NCBI GenBank assembly: GCA_934230325.1
Contig: CAKQEP010000004.1
Span: 21,840-85,839 of the forward strand
Source: an uncultured Clostridia bacterium
Lineage (GTDB): Bacteria > Bacillota > Clostridia > Christensenellales > CAG-314
Direction: 5' to 3'
Length of the DNA stretch: 64,000 nucleotides
How positions within the stretch are numbered: the stretch's first letter is position 1; each line of letters opens with the position of its first letter. Below are positions 15,964 to 24,316 of this stretch, in pieces. A program made the translations under genes and the position numbers. The notes under the pieces are model-generated. The model was not told where the DNA came from. It ran no database searches and saw nothing but the letters and a program-made list of their open reading frames with translations.

Positions 15964-16986
15964 ATGGGAAGACAAGACGGAAAAAAAGCGTCATATCTTG
16001 ATCCGATGGTTCAAATGATGCCGTATATTATGACAAAACGCTCCGACGCTACAAACACCGCAAAAGTGGAGTTGAAGTGCGACGCGATAGACAAATTTAT
16101 CGCAGAGCAAAAGCAGCAAGGCAACGTATTCAGTTACAACGACGTTATTGTTTCCAGCCTTGTCAGATTGTATGCGACGAGATTGCAACTAAACAGATTT
16201 GTTATCGGCCGCAAAATATACGACAGATACAAAATGACGGTTGCGTTTGTCATTAAAAAAGGACTCAAAGAAAACGGCGCGGAAACTACGGTCAAACTTG
16301 ATTTTGACGGAAGCGAAAGTATTTTTGACGTGCGCGACAAAATTGCCAAAGTAGTTGCGGAAAACATGAAAGAGGACGTCAACATCACCGACCTTGCCAT
16401 GAGCAAACTTTTGAGTTTGCCGAGTTGGGTGTTGCGTTTTGTCATGTGGATAATAAGAGGTCTTGACCGTTGCGGCAATCTTCCGAGTTGGCTGTTGGAC
16501 GCAAGTCCGTTTCATACAAGTTGTTTTATAACCTTTTTGAAATCCATCAAATGCGACTATATCTACCACCACATATACGATTTTGGCACTACGGGATTGT
16601 TTTTTGCAATGGGCAAGGACAAGCGAGTACCCGTCGTGGGAGAAAACGGCGAAGTGACGGTAGGCAAATCGATTACTATGGGCGTAACGATGGACGAGCG
16701 TTTTTGCGACGGACTATATATGGCAAACACCGTGCGCTACTGGCAAACCTTGTTGTCGCACCCCGACAAACTTCTACAAAAAGTCGAGCCGGTTTACACT
16801 AAGGAATTAGTGCTTAAACGCCGTAAGGAAAACATAGAAAAACGCAAAGCGGAACTGAAAGAACTCAGCGAATCTTTTAAGCGCAACAAAAAACTTCTCA
16901 AACAAAACAGGCGCAAAGAAAAAAAGGAGCAGAAAGCGGCAGAAAAACAACGCCGTGCGCAACTTCGCCAACAAAACAAAAAATAA
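15964..16986 (+). CDS. 2-oxoacid dehydrogenase E2 acyltransferase catalytic-domain-like protein (no lipoyl domain), with K/R/E-rich C-terminal tail
   Basis: 340 aa. ..ITMGVTMDERFCDGLYMA.. aligns by eye with the E2/CAT-family DHRxxDG motif, with His replaced by Glu. AGAGGTG RBS before the ATG at 15964. Confidence 0.55.
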   Translation: MGRQDGKKASYLDPMVQMMPYIMTKRSDATNTAKVELKCDAIDKFIAEQKQQGNVFSYNDVIVSSLVRLYATRLQLNRFVIGRKIYDRYKMTVAFVIKKGLKENGAETTVKLDFDGSESIFDVRDKIAKVVAENMKEDVNITDLAMSKLLSLPSWVLRFVMWIIRGLDRCGNLPSWLLDASPFHTSCFITFLKSIKCDYIYHHIYDFGTTGLFFAMGKDKRVPVVGENGEVTVGKSITMGVTMDERFCDGLYMANTVRYWQTLLSHPDKLLQKVEPVYTKELVLKRRKENIEKRKAELKELSESFKRNKKLLKQNRRKEKKEQKAAEKQRRAQLRQQNKK

Positions 16987-16999
16987 ACAAACAAAAACG

Positions 17000-17037
17000 A
17001 CGGAGTTTAAATTCATACAAACTCCGTTTATTGTTTC
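17000..17037 (+). terminator. Rho-independent terminator after E2-like gene
   Basis: ACGGAGTTT (17000-17008) pairs with AAACTCCGT (17019-17027), followed by TTATTGTTT. Confidence 0.7.
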
Positions 17038-17068
17038 AAAAATTTGCATACGTATAGTTAAAATTGCG

Positions 17069-17101
17069 ACAGACGGTGATTTTTCACCGCCTGTTTTTTA
17101 T
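17069..17101 (+). terminator. Second tandem hairpin + T-run
   Basis: ACAGACGGTGA (17069-17079) pairs with TCACCGCCTGT (17084-17094), followed by TTTTTTA. Confidence 0.55.
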
Positions 17102-17107
17102 ATGATT

Positions 17108-17142
17108 AAACCCGCCGAACACATTATATGTTCGGCGGGTTT
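17108..17142. terminator. Bidirectional terminator downstream of the PFOR gene
   Basis: AAACCCGCCGAACA (17108-17121) pairs with TGTTCGGCGGGTTT (17129-17142). Confidence 0.8.
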
Positions 17143-17186
17143 TGCTTGATATAAAACTAAAATCGTTTAAAAATATTTACGTTTGA

Positions 17187-20100
17187 TTATTCGCCCAAAA
17201 TATCGGTCTTTGCAAGTTCCTGATATCTGTGTACGCGCTCCATAGAGTCTTTTTCCGTCTTTGCAAAAAGTTGTTCTGCGATTTCCGGCTTTGTCTTTAT
17301 GAGACTTGTGTAACGAGTTTCCTTGCGAAGGAATTCCTGATAGTTTCCGGTAGGCGCTTTGCTGTCCATAATAAACGGATTTTTGCCTTCTTCGATAAGT
17401 TGCGGGTTGTAGCGATAAAGTTGCCAGTAACCGCAATCGACGGCTTCCTTAATGATGTTTTGAGGATTAGTCATATCGATACCGTGATTGATGCAGGGTG
17501 CGTAAGCGATGATGAGAGAAGGACCGTGATATGCTTCCGCTTCTGAAATAGCCTTGACTACTTGGTTGTAATCTGCGCCCATACCTACTTGCGCTACGTA
17601 TACGTAACCGTAACTCATAGCCATCATGCCGAGATCCTTTTTCTTTGTGCGTTTGCCTGCCGCCGCAAATTTTGCAACTGCGCCGGTGGGGGAAGATTTG
17701 CTTGCTTGTCCGCCCGTGTTGGAATAAACTTCCGTATCGAGAACGAGAACGTTTACGTCTTCTCCTTGAGCGAGAACGTGGTCGAGTCCGCCGTAACCGA
17801 TATCGTATGCCCAACCGTCACCGCCGAATATCCACATGGACTTCTTGACAAAGCAATCCTGCATTTTTGCAAGTTGGTCGACTTTTTCGTTACCTTTGAT
17901 GCCCTTGATTGCCGCCTTGAGCATTGCGGACGCTTTTTTGCTACCTTCCGCATTGTCTTTGTTTGCAATCCATTCGTTTGCGGCTGCGGTCATTTCTGCC
18001 GTCGTACCTTCTGCGATAATTTCTTTGAGTAAATCTTCTACTTTGTTTCTGCGTTGAGTATAAGCAAGATTCATACCAAAGCCAAATTCGCTGTTGTCTT
18101 CAAACAGGCTGTTTGCCCAAGCAGGACCGTTGCCGTTTTTATCTTTGCAATACGGGCAAGTGGGCGCGCTGCCGCCGTAAATGGAGGAGCAACCCGTTGC
18201 GTTTGCGATAATCATTCTATCGCCAAACAGTTGTGTGACGAGTTTGACATAAGGAGTTTCGCCGCAACCTGCGCATGCGCCGCTGTACTCAAACAGAGGT
18301 TGTTTAAACTGACTGCCTTTTACGCTGTCGATTTTAAGACCGCTTTCAACCTGTTCTACAGTTTCGGAGAAGTTGAAGTTTTCTTCTTCCTTAACGTGTT
18401 CTGCGGGAGTCATAGTCAAAGCCTTTTCCTTTGCGATACAAACGTTTGCGCAACTTCCGCAACCGCTACAATCGAGAGGGGATACCTGAATACGATATTT
18501 TGCGCCCTTGATGCCGATAGCGGGTTTTGTGACAAATTCTGCGGGGGTAGCGGTCGCGTCGGAAATAAGCACGGGACGGATAGCGGCGTGCGGGCAAACC
18601 ATACTGCAACGGTTGCATTGTACGCACTTGTCGGGATTCCATACGGGGATATTGACGGCAATGCCGCGTTTTTCAAAGCGGGTGGTAGCGGTGGGGATAA
18701 CTCCGGACACGTTGAAAGCGGACACGGGAAGTTCGTCGCCCTTCTGCTCCAAAATAGGTTTGATATAGTTGACGAAGTAAGGATCGTCGCTACCTTTTAC
18801 CATCGGCTCGCCTTTGGTGGTAGTAGCCCAGTCGGCGGGAACGTTGACTTTGACAAGGCCGGTTATCGCGTTGTCGATAGCGGCAAAGTTGCAGTCGAGA
18901 ACTTTTTGACCTTTTTTGCCATAAGTCTTTACGACTGCTTGTTTCATATATTGCTCGGCTTCTTCGTAAGGAATGATATTTGCGAGTTTAAAGAAAGCGG
19001 CTTGCATTACCATGTTGGTGGATTTTGCGCTACCTGCTTTTTTAGCAAGGTCAAGACCGTCGATAATGTAGAAGTTGAGATGTTTTTTAGCGATTTGGTT
19101 TTTGACCTGCGCAGGAAGTTTTTCCGCCAACTCGTCTACCGTCCAGTTGCAGTTAAGAAGGAAAGTTCCGCCGTCTTTGGCGTCTGCAAGCATATCGTAG
19201 CGATAGATATAACTTTGGTTGTGGCAAGCGATAAACTCCGCGTTGTCGATGAGATAACTCGATTTGATGGGGGTTTTGCCAAAACGCAAGTGGCTTATCG
19301 TCAAGCCGCCGCTCTTTTTGCTGTCATAAGCAAAGTAACCTTGCGCATAAAGGTCGGTATGATCACCGATAATTTTGATGCTGTTTTTGTTTGCGCCGAC
19401 CGTGCCGTCGCTGCCGAGTCCGTAGAACTTGCAACGAGTGGTTCCTTCCGGCGCGACGTCGATTTTTTCGTTAACGGTGAGAGAAGTATGCGTCACGTCG
19501 TCGTTGATACCGACTGTAAAGTGATTTTTGGGTTGTTTAGATTCCAGATTTTTGTATACGGAAAGAATCATGGACGGAGTAAACTCTTTGCTGCCCAAGC
19601 CGTATCTGCCGCCTACGACGGTGTATTTGTCCGCAACGCCATGCTCTTTGAGGGCGGTAACGACGTCGAGATACAAAGGCTCGCCCAAACTGCCGGCTTC
19701 CTTTGTTCTGTCAAGCACTGCGATGTGTTTGACGGTTTTGGGAAGCGCCGCAACGAGTTTGTCGGCGGGGAAGGGGCGATAAAGTCTTACTTTGATTGCG
19801 CCGACTTTTTTGCCTTGTTTGACGAGGTAGTTGATTGTTTCTTCTACTGCTTCCGCTCCGCTACCCATCAAGACGATGACGTCGGTGGCGTCGGGCGCGC
19901 CGATATAGTCAACCAAGCCGTAATTTCTGCCCGTCAACTTGCTGACTTGTTTCATATATTTTTCTACGATAGCGGGGGTGTTGTCGTAGAGACTGTTGGC
20001 TGCTTCTCTGTTTTGGAAGTAAATATCGGGGTTTTGAGCAGTGCCTTGCAAGTGGGGATGCTCGGGATTGAGCGCGCGTGCGCGGAACTCGTCGACGTAC

Positions 20101-20687
20101 TTCATGTCAAGGAGTTTTGCCATGTCTTCGTAATCGATAGCGTCGATTTTGCTGACTTCGTGGCTGGTGCGGAAACCGTCAAAGAAGTGCAAGAAAGGCA
20201 CTTTTGCTTCCAACGTGGAGAGATGAGCGACGAGAGCGAGGTCCATTGCTTCCTGAACGCTGTTGCTGCAAAGCATTGCAAAACCGGTCTGACGGCACGC
20301 CATAACGTCTGCGTGGTCACCGAATATGGACAATGCGTGAGCCGCCAAAGCGCGCGCGGACACGTGGAAAACGCAAGGTAAATTTTCACCCGCGATTTTG
20401 TACATGTTGGGTATCATCAGCAACAAGCCTTGACTTGCGGTAAAAGTGCTGGTGAGAGCGCCCGCGACAAGACTGCCGTGAACAGCGCCCGCTGCGCCTG
20501 CTTCAGATTGAAGTTCTGCAATTTTTACCGTTTGTCCAAACAGGTTTTTTCTGCCTGCCGCCGCCCACTCGTCCGCTACTTCCGCCATAGGGGAAGAAGG
20601 AGTAATGGGATAAATTGCGGCAACGTCGGAAAAAGCATACGCTACGTGGCTCGCAGCGGTATTGCCATCGATTGTCATTTTTGCCAT
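17187..20687 (-). CDS. nifJ: Pyruvate:ferredoxin (flavodoxin) oxidoreductase, single-chain
   Basis: 1166 aa. MAKMTIDGNTAASHVAYAFSDVAAIYPITPSSPMAE.., two CxxCxxCxxxCP ferredoxin motifs, and a TPP region GGDGWAYDIGYGG. Start at the ATG at 20687 behind GGAGGAAC; the track's extension to 20798 lacks support. Confidence 0.95.
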   Translation of the reverse strand: MAKMTIDGNTAASHVAYAFSDVAAIYPITPSSPMAEVADEWAAAGRKNLFGQTVKIAELQSEAGAAGAVHGSLVAGALTSTFTASQGLLLMIPNMYKIAGENLPCVFHVSARALAAHALSIFGDHADVMACRQTGFAMLCSNSVQEAMDLALVAHLSTLEAKVPFLHFFDGFRTSHEVSKIDAIDYEDMAKLLDMKYVDEFRARALNPEHPHLQGTAQNPDIYFQNREAANSLYDNTPAIVEKYMKQVSKLTGRNYGLVDYIGAPDATDVIVLMGSGAEAVEETINYLVKQGKKVGAIKVRLYRPFPADKLVAALPKTVKHIAVLDRTKEAGSLGEPLYLDVVTALKEHGVADKYTVVGGRYGLGSKEFTPSMILSVYKNLESKQPKNHFTVGINDDVTHTSLTVNEKIDVAPEGTTRCKFYGLGSDGTVGANKNSIKIIGDHTDLYAQGYFAYDSKKSGGLTISHLRFGKTPIKSSYLIDNAEFIACHNQSYIYRYDMLADAKDGGTFLLNCNWTVDELAEKLPAQVKNQIAKKHLNFYIIDGLDLAKKAGSAKSTNMVMQAAFFKLANIIPYEEAEQYMKQAVVKTYGKKGQKVLDCNFAAIDNAITGLVKVNVPADWATTTKGEPMVKGSDDPYFVNYIKPILEQKGDELPVSAFNVSGVIPTATTRFEKRGIAVNIPVWNPDKCVQCNRCSMVCPHAAIRPVLISDATATPAEFVTKPAIGIKGAKYRIQVSPLDCSGCGSCANVCIAKEKALTMTPAEHVKEEENFNFSETVEQVESGLKIDSVKGSQFKQPLFEYSGACAGCGETPYVKLVTQLFGDRMIIANATGCSSIYGGSAPTCPYCKDKNGNGPAWANSLFEDNSEFGFGMNLAYTQRRNKVEDLLKEIIAEGTTAEMTAAANEWIANKDNAEGSKKASAMLKAAIKGIKGNEKVDQLAKMQDCFVKKSMWIFGGDGWAYDIGYGGLDHVLAQGEDVNVLVLDTEVYSNTGGQASKSSPTGAVAKFAAAGKRTKKKDLGMMAMSYGYVYVAQVGMGADYNQVVKAISEAEAYHGPSLIIAYAPCINHGIDMTNPQNIIKEAVDCGYWQLYRYNPQLIEEGKNPFIMDSKAPTGNYQEFLRKETRYTSLIKTKPEIAEQLFAKTEKDSMERVHRYQELAKTDILGE

Positions 20688-20780
20688 TTTTAGTTCCTCC
20701 GATAAATATAAGAAATTTAAATTCGTAAAATAACGATAATTTTGCTCGCCAAAAGGCGGTGAACAAAACCACCGTTTTTG

Positions 20781-20808
20781 ATTATAACACATTTGCAAAA
20801 TAAGTCAA
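20781..20808 (-). promoter_or_regulatory. Sigma-A-type promoter of the PFOR gene
   Basis: Minus strand TTGACT (20808-20803), 16 nt, TGtTATAAT (hexamer 20786-20781). This leaves a ~85 nt 5' UTR. Confidence 0.65.
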
Positions 20809-21041
20809 ACGTTTTGTCGAAACCGAACAAATTTAATCTGATTTTGGTCTATTGCCAAATAAAAAAATAGATAATTTTTTTAAAGAAAACAAAATATTAT
20901 GCGCGGCGATTTTTAATTAAAAATAATTTTTGATAATATCGCCAACAAAGTTAACGCTATGTTAAATAAAGGACAAGACGTCAACAGAGCCGTTTTAGGG
21001 CTTTAATTGTGTATTTTTCATATTTTTATCAATGTCTAATC

Positions 21042-21062
21042 ATATATATATATATATATATA
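21042..21062. repeat. (AT/TA) dinucleotide microsatellite, ~10.5 units
   Basis: ATATATATATATATATATATA read directly at 21042-21062, in the 545-bp AT-rich intergenic region. Confidence 0.95.
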
Positions 21063-21121
21063 GTTAAGAAATTGTCAAACGTTTTTGCGATAATGAAATA
21101 TTGATGAAAATATGATTTTTT

Positions 21122-21160
21122 TGTTACCGTGTCACGAATTTTATGCTATAATGTTACCGT
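21122..21160 (+). promoter_or_regulatory. Extended -10 promoter of the orphan lipoprotein gene, bracketed by a 9-bp direct repeat
   Basis: TGcTATAAT (TG 21144-21145, hexamer 21147-21152). TGTTACCGT occurs at 21122-21130 and again at 21152-21160. Confidence 0.5.
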
Positions 21161-21233
21161 AAATAAGTATAAAGCAAGCAAAAGTGTTTCGGTCAAAAAT
21201 AATTAGACAAAAATGTTAAAAGGAGAAAAAGTT

Positions 21234-22316
21234 ATGTTTAAGAGTAATTTAAAAAAAGTATTATGCTGTGTATGTCTGATACTTATGTTGTTTTCGCTTT
21301 TCGCCTGCAAACCTAAACCTAAACCTAAACCTGCTGGCAATAAAATAAATGCAGTCGTACAAAACGAGCCCGACGGTTATACCTTTCCTAAATTCGATTT
21401 GGTAGAACAAAAATTCAATCAACCCGTTCTTACCGACGAGCAAATGCTCAAAGTGGTTTTTGAACAACTTTCAACAAGAATTGAAGGGGACGAAAACGGC
21501 AATTTGCCAAAACTCAATTATCAACTCGGAGAAGTATATTTTTGTTTGGTTGACGACTTGAAAGAATTTACGAGAAATACAAAAGACAACGCAATTTACA
21601 AATGCTCGGGAATTTCTTCGGATATAGAGTTGTCCGCCGATTACTCGCTTTACAAGATTATGTCGGAGGAAGTTATTCCCGGCGCTACTTATGGGGTAAA
21701 AGTAAACAATGCTTACTGGCAGCAGTATTTTGACGTTATGCTCAAAAATCTTGAGTTTGGCGATGCCGACCAAAGCGATTATTTGGTTTTGGCTCATCTT
21801 TACGGCGGCGACAAAGAGTATCTGATATGCGATGACTGGTACGTAAGAACAAAACAATCGGACGGAAAAATCCTTAAGTCGGACAAAAAGGTTGACGCGC
21901 CCAAAATATGTTTGGTCGCTTTGCTCTTTGAGTACATTCATAAACCCAACTACTACAATAGCGGTACCGACCTACCGTTTGTAGAAAACGAAATAACTTT
22001 TCATTACGACGGTAAAATGGCTACGGTACAAAAAGAAGACTTTGCCAAACTCGGATACGAGCAAGAAGAAGGTAAACAGTACAAACTTATCAAAACGTAC
22101 GTAAACGAAATGTTTTTGCAAACGGAAGACGTTGTTTACGTCAGTCTTGGGTACGACAAATATTTAATAATCGATCAAGCGAGCGATCTCTATTACGTGT
22201 GGAACAATTTTTACTTTATAAAAATAAACCGCATATGGGCACTAGTTCAATATCAAAATGCGAGAAAGATAGAAAAATTGTTTGATTTTTCCGCCGTCAC
22301 CGCTTTGTTTAAATAG
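21234..22316 (+). CDS. Lipoprotein, function unknown (no family recognised)
   Basis: AAAGGAGAAAAAG RBS before the ATG at 21234. Signal peptide/lipobox ..LMLFSLFAC|KPKPKPKP. 360 aa, with no motif I recognise. Confidence 0.7.
   Translation: MFKSNLKKVLCCVCLILMLFSLFACKPKPKPKPAGNKINAVVQNEPDGYTFPKFDLVEQKFNQPVLTDEQMLKVVFEQLSTRIEGDENGNLPKLNYQLGEVYFCLVDDLKEFTRNTKDNAIYKCSGISSDIELSADYSLYKIMSEEVIPGATYGVKVNNAYWQQYFDVMLKNLEFGDADQSDYLVLAHLYGGDKEYLICDDWYVRTKQSDGKILKSDKKVDAPKICLVALLFEYIHKPNYYNSGTDLPFVENEITFHYDGKMATVQKEDFAKLGYEQEEGKQYKLIKTYVNEMFLQTEDVVYVSLGYDKYLIIDQASDLYYVWNNFYFIKINRIWALVQYQNARKIEKLFDFSAVTALFK
21309..21332 (+). repeat. In-frame hexanucleotide tandem repeat (AAACCT)x4 encoding (KP)4
   Basis: Four perfect AAACCT units immediately after the lipobox Cys codon. 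Confidence 0.9.
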
Positions 22317-22417
22317 CAAACTCGCAACTAAAAACTCAACGCCCAAACCGTCAAAAAAATTCCCGCCAAAAACTTTTGGAAATCACTGCTTAATTCCCGC
22401 CGATTAAATTATCTGTT

Positions 22418-22452
22418 AAACCCCGCTTTTAGTTTGGCGGGGTTTAATTTTT
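22418..22452 (+). terminator. Rho-independent terminator after lipoprotein gene
   Basis: AAACCCCGC (22418-22426) pairs with GCGGGGTTT (22437-22445), followed by AATTTTT. Confidence 0.75.
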
Positions 22453-22505
22453 AACTGTGTAAAATTTAGATTTAATCTAATTTACACCTGCGGTTTTATT
22501 TATAC

Positions 22506-22535
22506 TTGACTATTTTGCGGTTGATATGTTAATAT
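22506..22535 (+). promoter_or_regulatory. Promoter of ecfA1-ecfA2-ecfT-truA operon
   Basis: TTGACT (22506-22511), 18 nt, TGtTAATAT (extended -10, hexamer 22530-22535). Confidence 0.55.
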
Positions 22536-22571
22536 ACATATTCAGAGAAACAAAAAAGGCAAGGTACGACT

Positions 22572-23438
22572 TTGACGGATACAAACAAAAAAACCGTAAT
22601 ACAACTTAACGACGTGGTGTACAACTATCGCGAGTACGGCGAAGACGGAAAATCTACCGTGAGCGACAGGGGCGTCAACGGCGTTTCTCTCTCCGTATAC
22701 GAAGGAGAGTTTTTGGCGTTGGTAGGACACAACGGAAGCGGCAAAAGCACCCTTGCCAAACTGTTTAACGGGCTGATTAAAGCGCAGAGCGGAGAAGTGC
22801 GCGTGTTCGGACTTAATCCCGATGTGGACAAGGAGTTGTACGAGATACGTTCGCTCGTCGGTATGGTTTTTCAAAACCCCGACAATCAAATGGTGGCGTC
22901 TATCGTAGAGGACGACGTCGCTTTCGGTCCGGAAAATCTCGGTATTCCGCAAAAGGAATTGCGACAAAGGGTGGACGACGCTCTCAAAAGCGTCAATATG
23001 ACGGAATATGCCAAAAAAACGCCCACTCGGCTCAGCGGCGGACAAAAACAACGCATTGCTATTGCGGGAGTTTTGGCGATAAAGCCTAAAATTTTGGTTA
23101 TGGACGAGTCCACGAGTATGCTCGACCCTGTCGGCCGCAAGGAAGTTATGGAAACCGTCACCCGCCTAAATCGCGAAGGAATGACCGTTGTGGCAATAAC
23201 GCACTTTATGGACGAAGTTTCTCAAGCAGACAGAGTGGTGGTGCTAAACGAGGGCAAAATCGCTATGCAAGGTCCGCCAAAAGAGATTTTTGCAAAGGGG
23301 AGAGAATTGCATCTTATGGGACTTGACGTTCCGAGAAGCGTCGCGCTCGCAACGCAACTAAAGGAGCGCGGCTTTGACGTGGAAGCGGTAGAAACGGATA
23401 TAAACAAACTGGGGGAAGAAATATGTCGATTGTTGTAA
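22572..23438 (+). CDS. ecfA1: Energy-coupling factor transporter ATPase EcfA1
   Basis: 288 aa ABC ATPase with GHNGSGKST, LSGGQKQR and VMDEST. Apparent TTG start 7 nt after AAGG; the start codon is uncertain. Confidence 0.88.
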   Translation: MTDTNKKTVIQLNDVVYNYREYGEDGKSTVSDRGVNGVSLSVYEGEFLALVGHNGSGKSTLAKLFNGLIKAQSGEVRVFGLNPDVDKELYEIRSLVGMVFQNPDNQMVASIVEDDVAFGPENLGIPQKELRQRVDDALKSVNMTEYAKKTPTRLSGGQKQRIAIAGVLAIKPKILVMDESTSMLDPVGRKEVMETVTRLNREGMTVVAITHFMDEVSQADRVVVLNEGKIAMQGPPKEIFAKGRELHLMGLDVPRSVALATQLKERGFDVEAVETDINKLGEEICRLL

Positions 23439-24316
23439 AAAACCTTAGTTACGTTTACAATCCTAAATCACCGTATCAGACGCAGGCTTTGCATGACGTT
23501 TCTTTTACCATAGAAGACGGACAATTTGTGGGATTGTGCGGTCATACGGGCAGCGGAAAATCTACTTTTGTTCAACATCTCAATGCGTTGGTAGAAACGC
23601 AACAAGGCGCGCTCACAGTTGACGGACTTGACCTTACCGTAAAAAACAAAAAGTTGCGTAAAGCAATGCTTAAACAGTTGCGCGGCAAAGTCGGTATGGT
23701 GTTTCAATATCCCGAATATCAATTGTTTGCAAATACGGTGTATGAGGACGTTGCTTTCGGACCTAAAAATATGCAATTAAGCGCGGAAGAAATAGACGGC
23801 AGAGTCAAAAAGGCAATTGCTTCCGTTGGTTTGGATTATGATTACATCGCGCAAAAATCACCTTTTGAGTTGAGCGGTGGAGAAAAACGCCGCGTCGCGC
23901 TTGCGGGAGTGTTGGCAATGGATCCCGTAGTGCTTGTTTTGGACGAGCCGACGGCAGGACTCGATCCGCGCGGCAAAAGAGAAATTCTTAACCTCGTTGT
24001 GGACTTAAATAAAAATCACGGGTTGACCGTAGTGATGATTAGTCACGATATGAACGAAGTATACGAGTACACGGACCGTACCATAGTCTTTAACGACGGC
24101 ACGGTTGCTTACGATATGCCTACTTACGCCCTTTTTAAAGAAGTCGATACAAAAAAACTCGGTCTCGAAGTGCCGCAAATGGCTATTTTAAACAATATTT
24201 TGGCGGAACACGGCATTAAACTTGAAGGACAAAACAGAACGGTTAAGCAAATGCTTGCAGCGCTTGTAGAGTATCGCAACGCAAATACGGAAAAATCGGA
24301 GGCGGACAAATGTTGA
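23423..24316 (+). CDS. ecfA2: Energy-coupling factor transporter ATPase EcfA2
   Basis: 297 aa with GHTGSGKST, LSGGEKRR and VLDEPT. Overlaps the ecfA1 end. Confidence 0.9.
   Translation: MSIVVKNLSYVYNPKSPYQTQALHDVSFTIEDGQFVGLCGHTGSGKSTFVQHLNALVETQQGALTVDGLDLTVKNKKLRKAMLKQLRGKVGMVFQYPEYQLFANTVYEDVAFGPKNMQLSAEEIDGRVKKAIASVGLDYDYIAQKSPFELSGGEKRRVALAGVLAMDPVVLVLDEPTAGLDPRGKREILNLVVDLNKNHGLTVVMISHDMNEVYEYTDRTIVFNDGTVAYDMPTYALFKEVDTKKLGLEVPQMAILNNILAEHGIKLEGQNRTVKQMLAALVEYRNANTEKSEADKC

Noticed and set aside
18054-20381. 775-aa plus-strand ORF in the supplied track
   Set aside because: It lies entirely antisense to the strongly supported PFOR gene (17187-20687, minus). Its product is low-complexity (V/F/A/G-rich) with no RBS or recognisable motif. 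This is a typical shadow ORF.
20800-21095. CcpA cre site in the AAACGTTT-containing repeats
   Set aside because: Aligning TG..AA.CG..W..CA puts the central CG one position out of register in both copies, so it does not fit the cre consensus.
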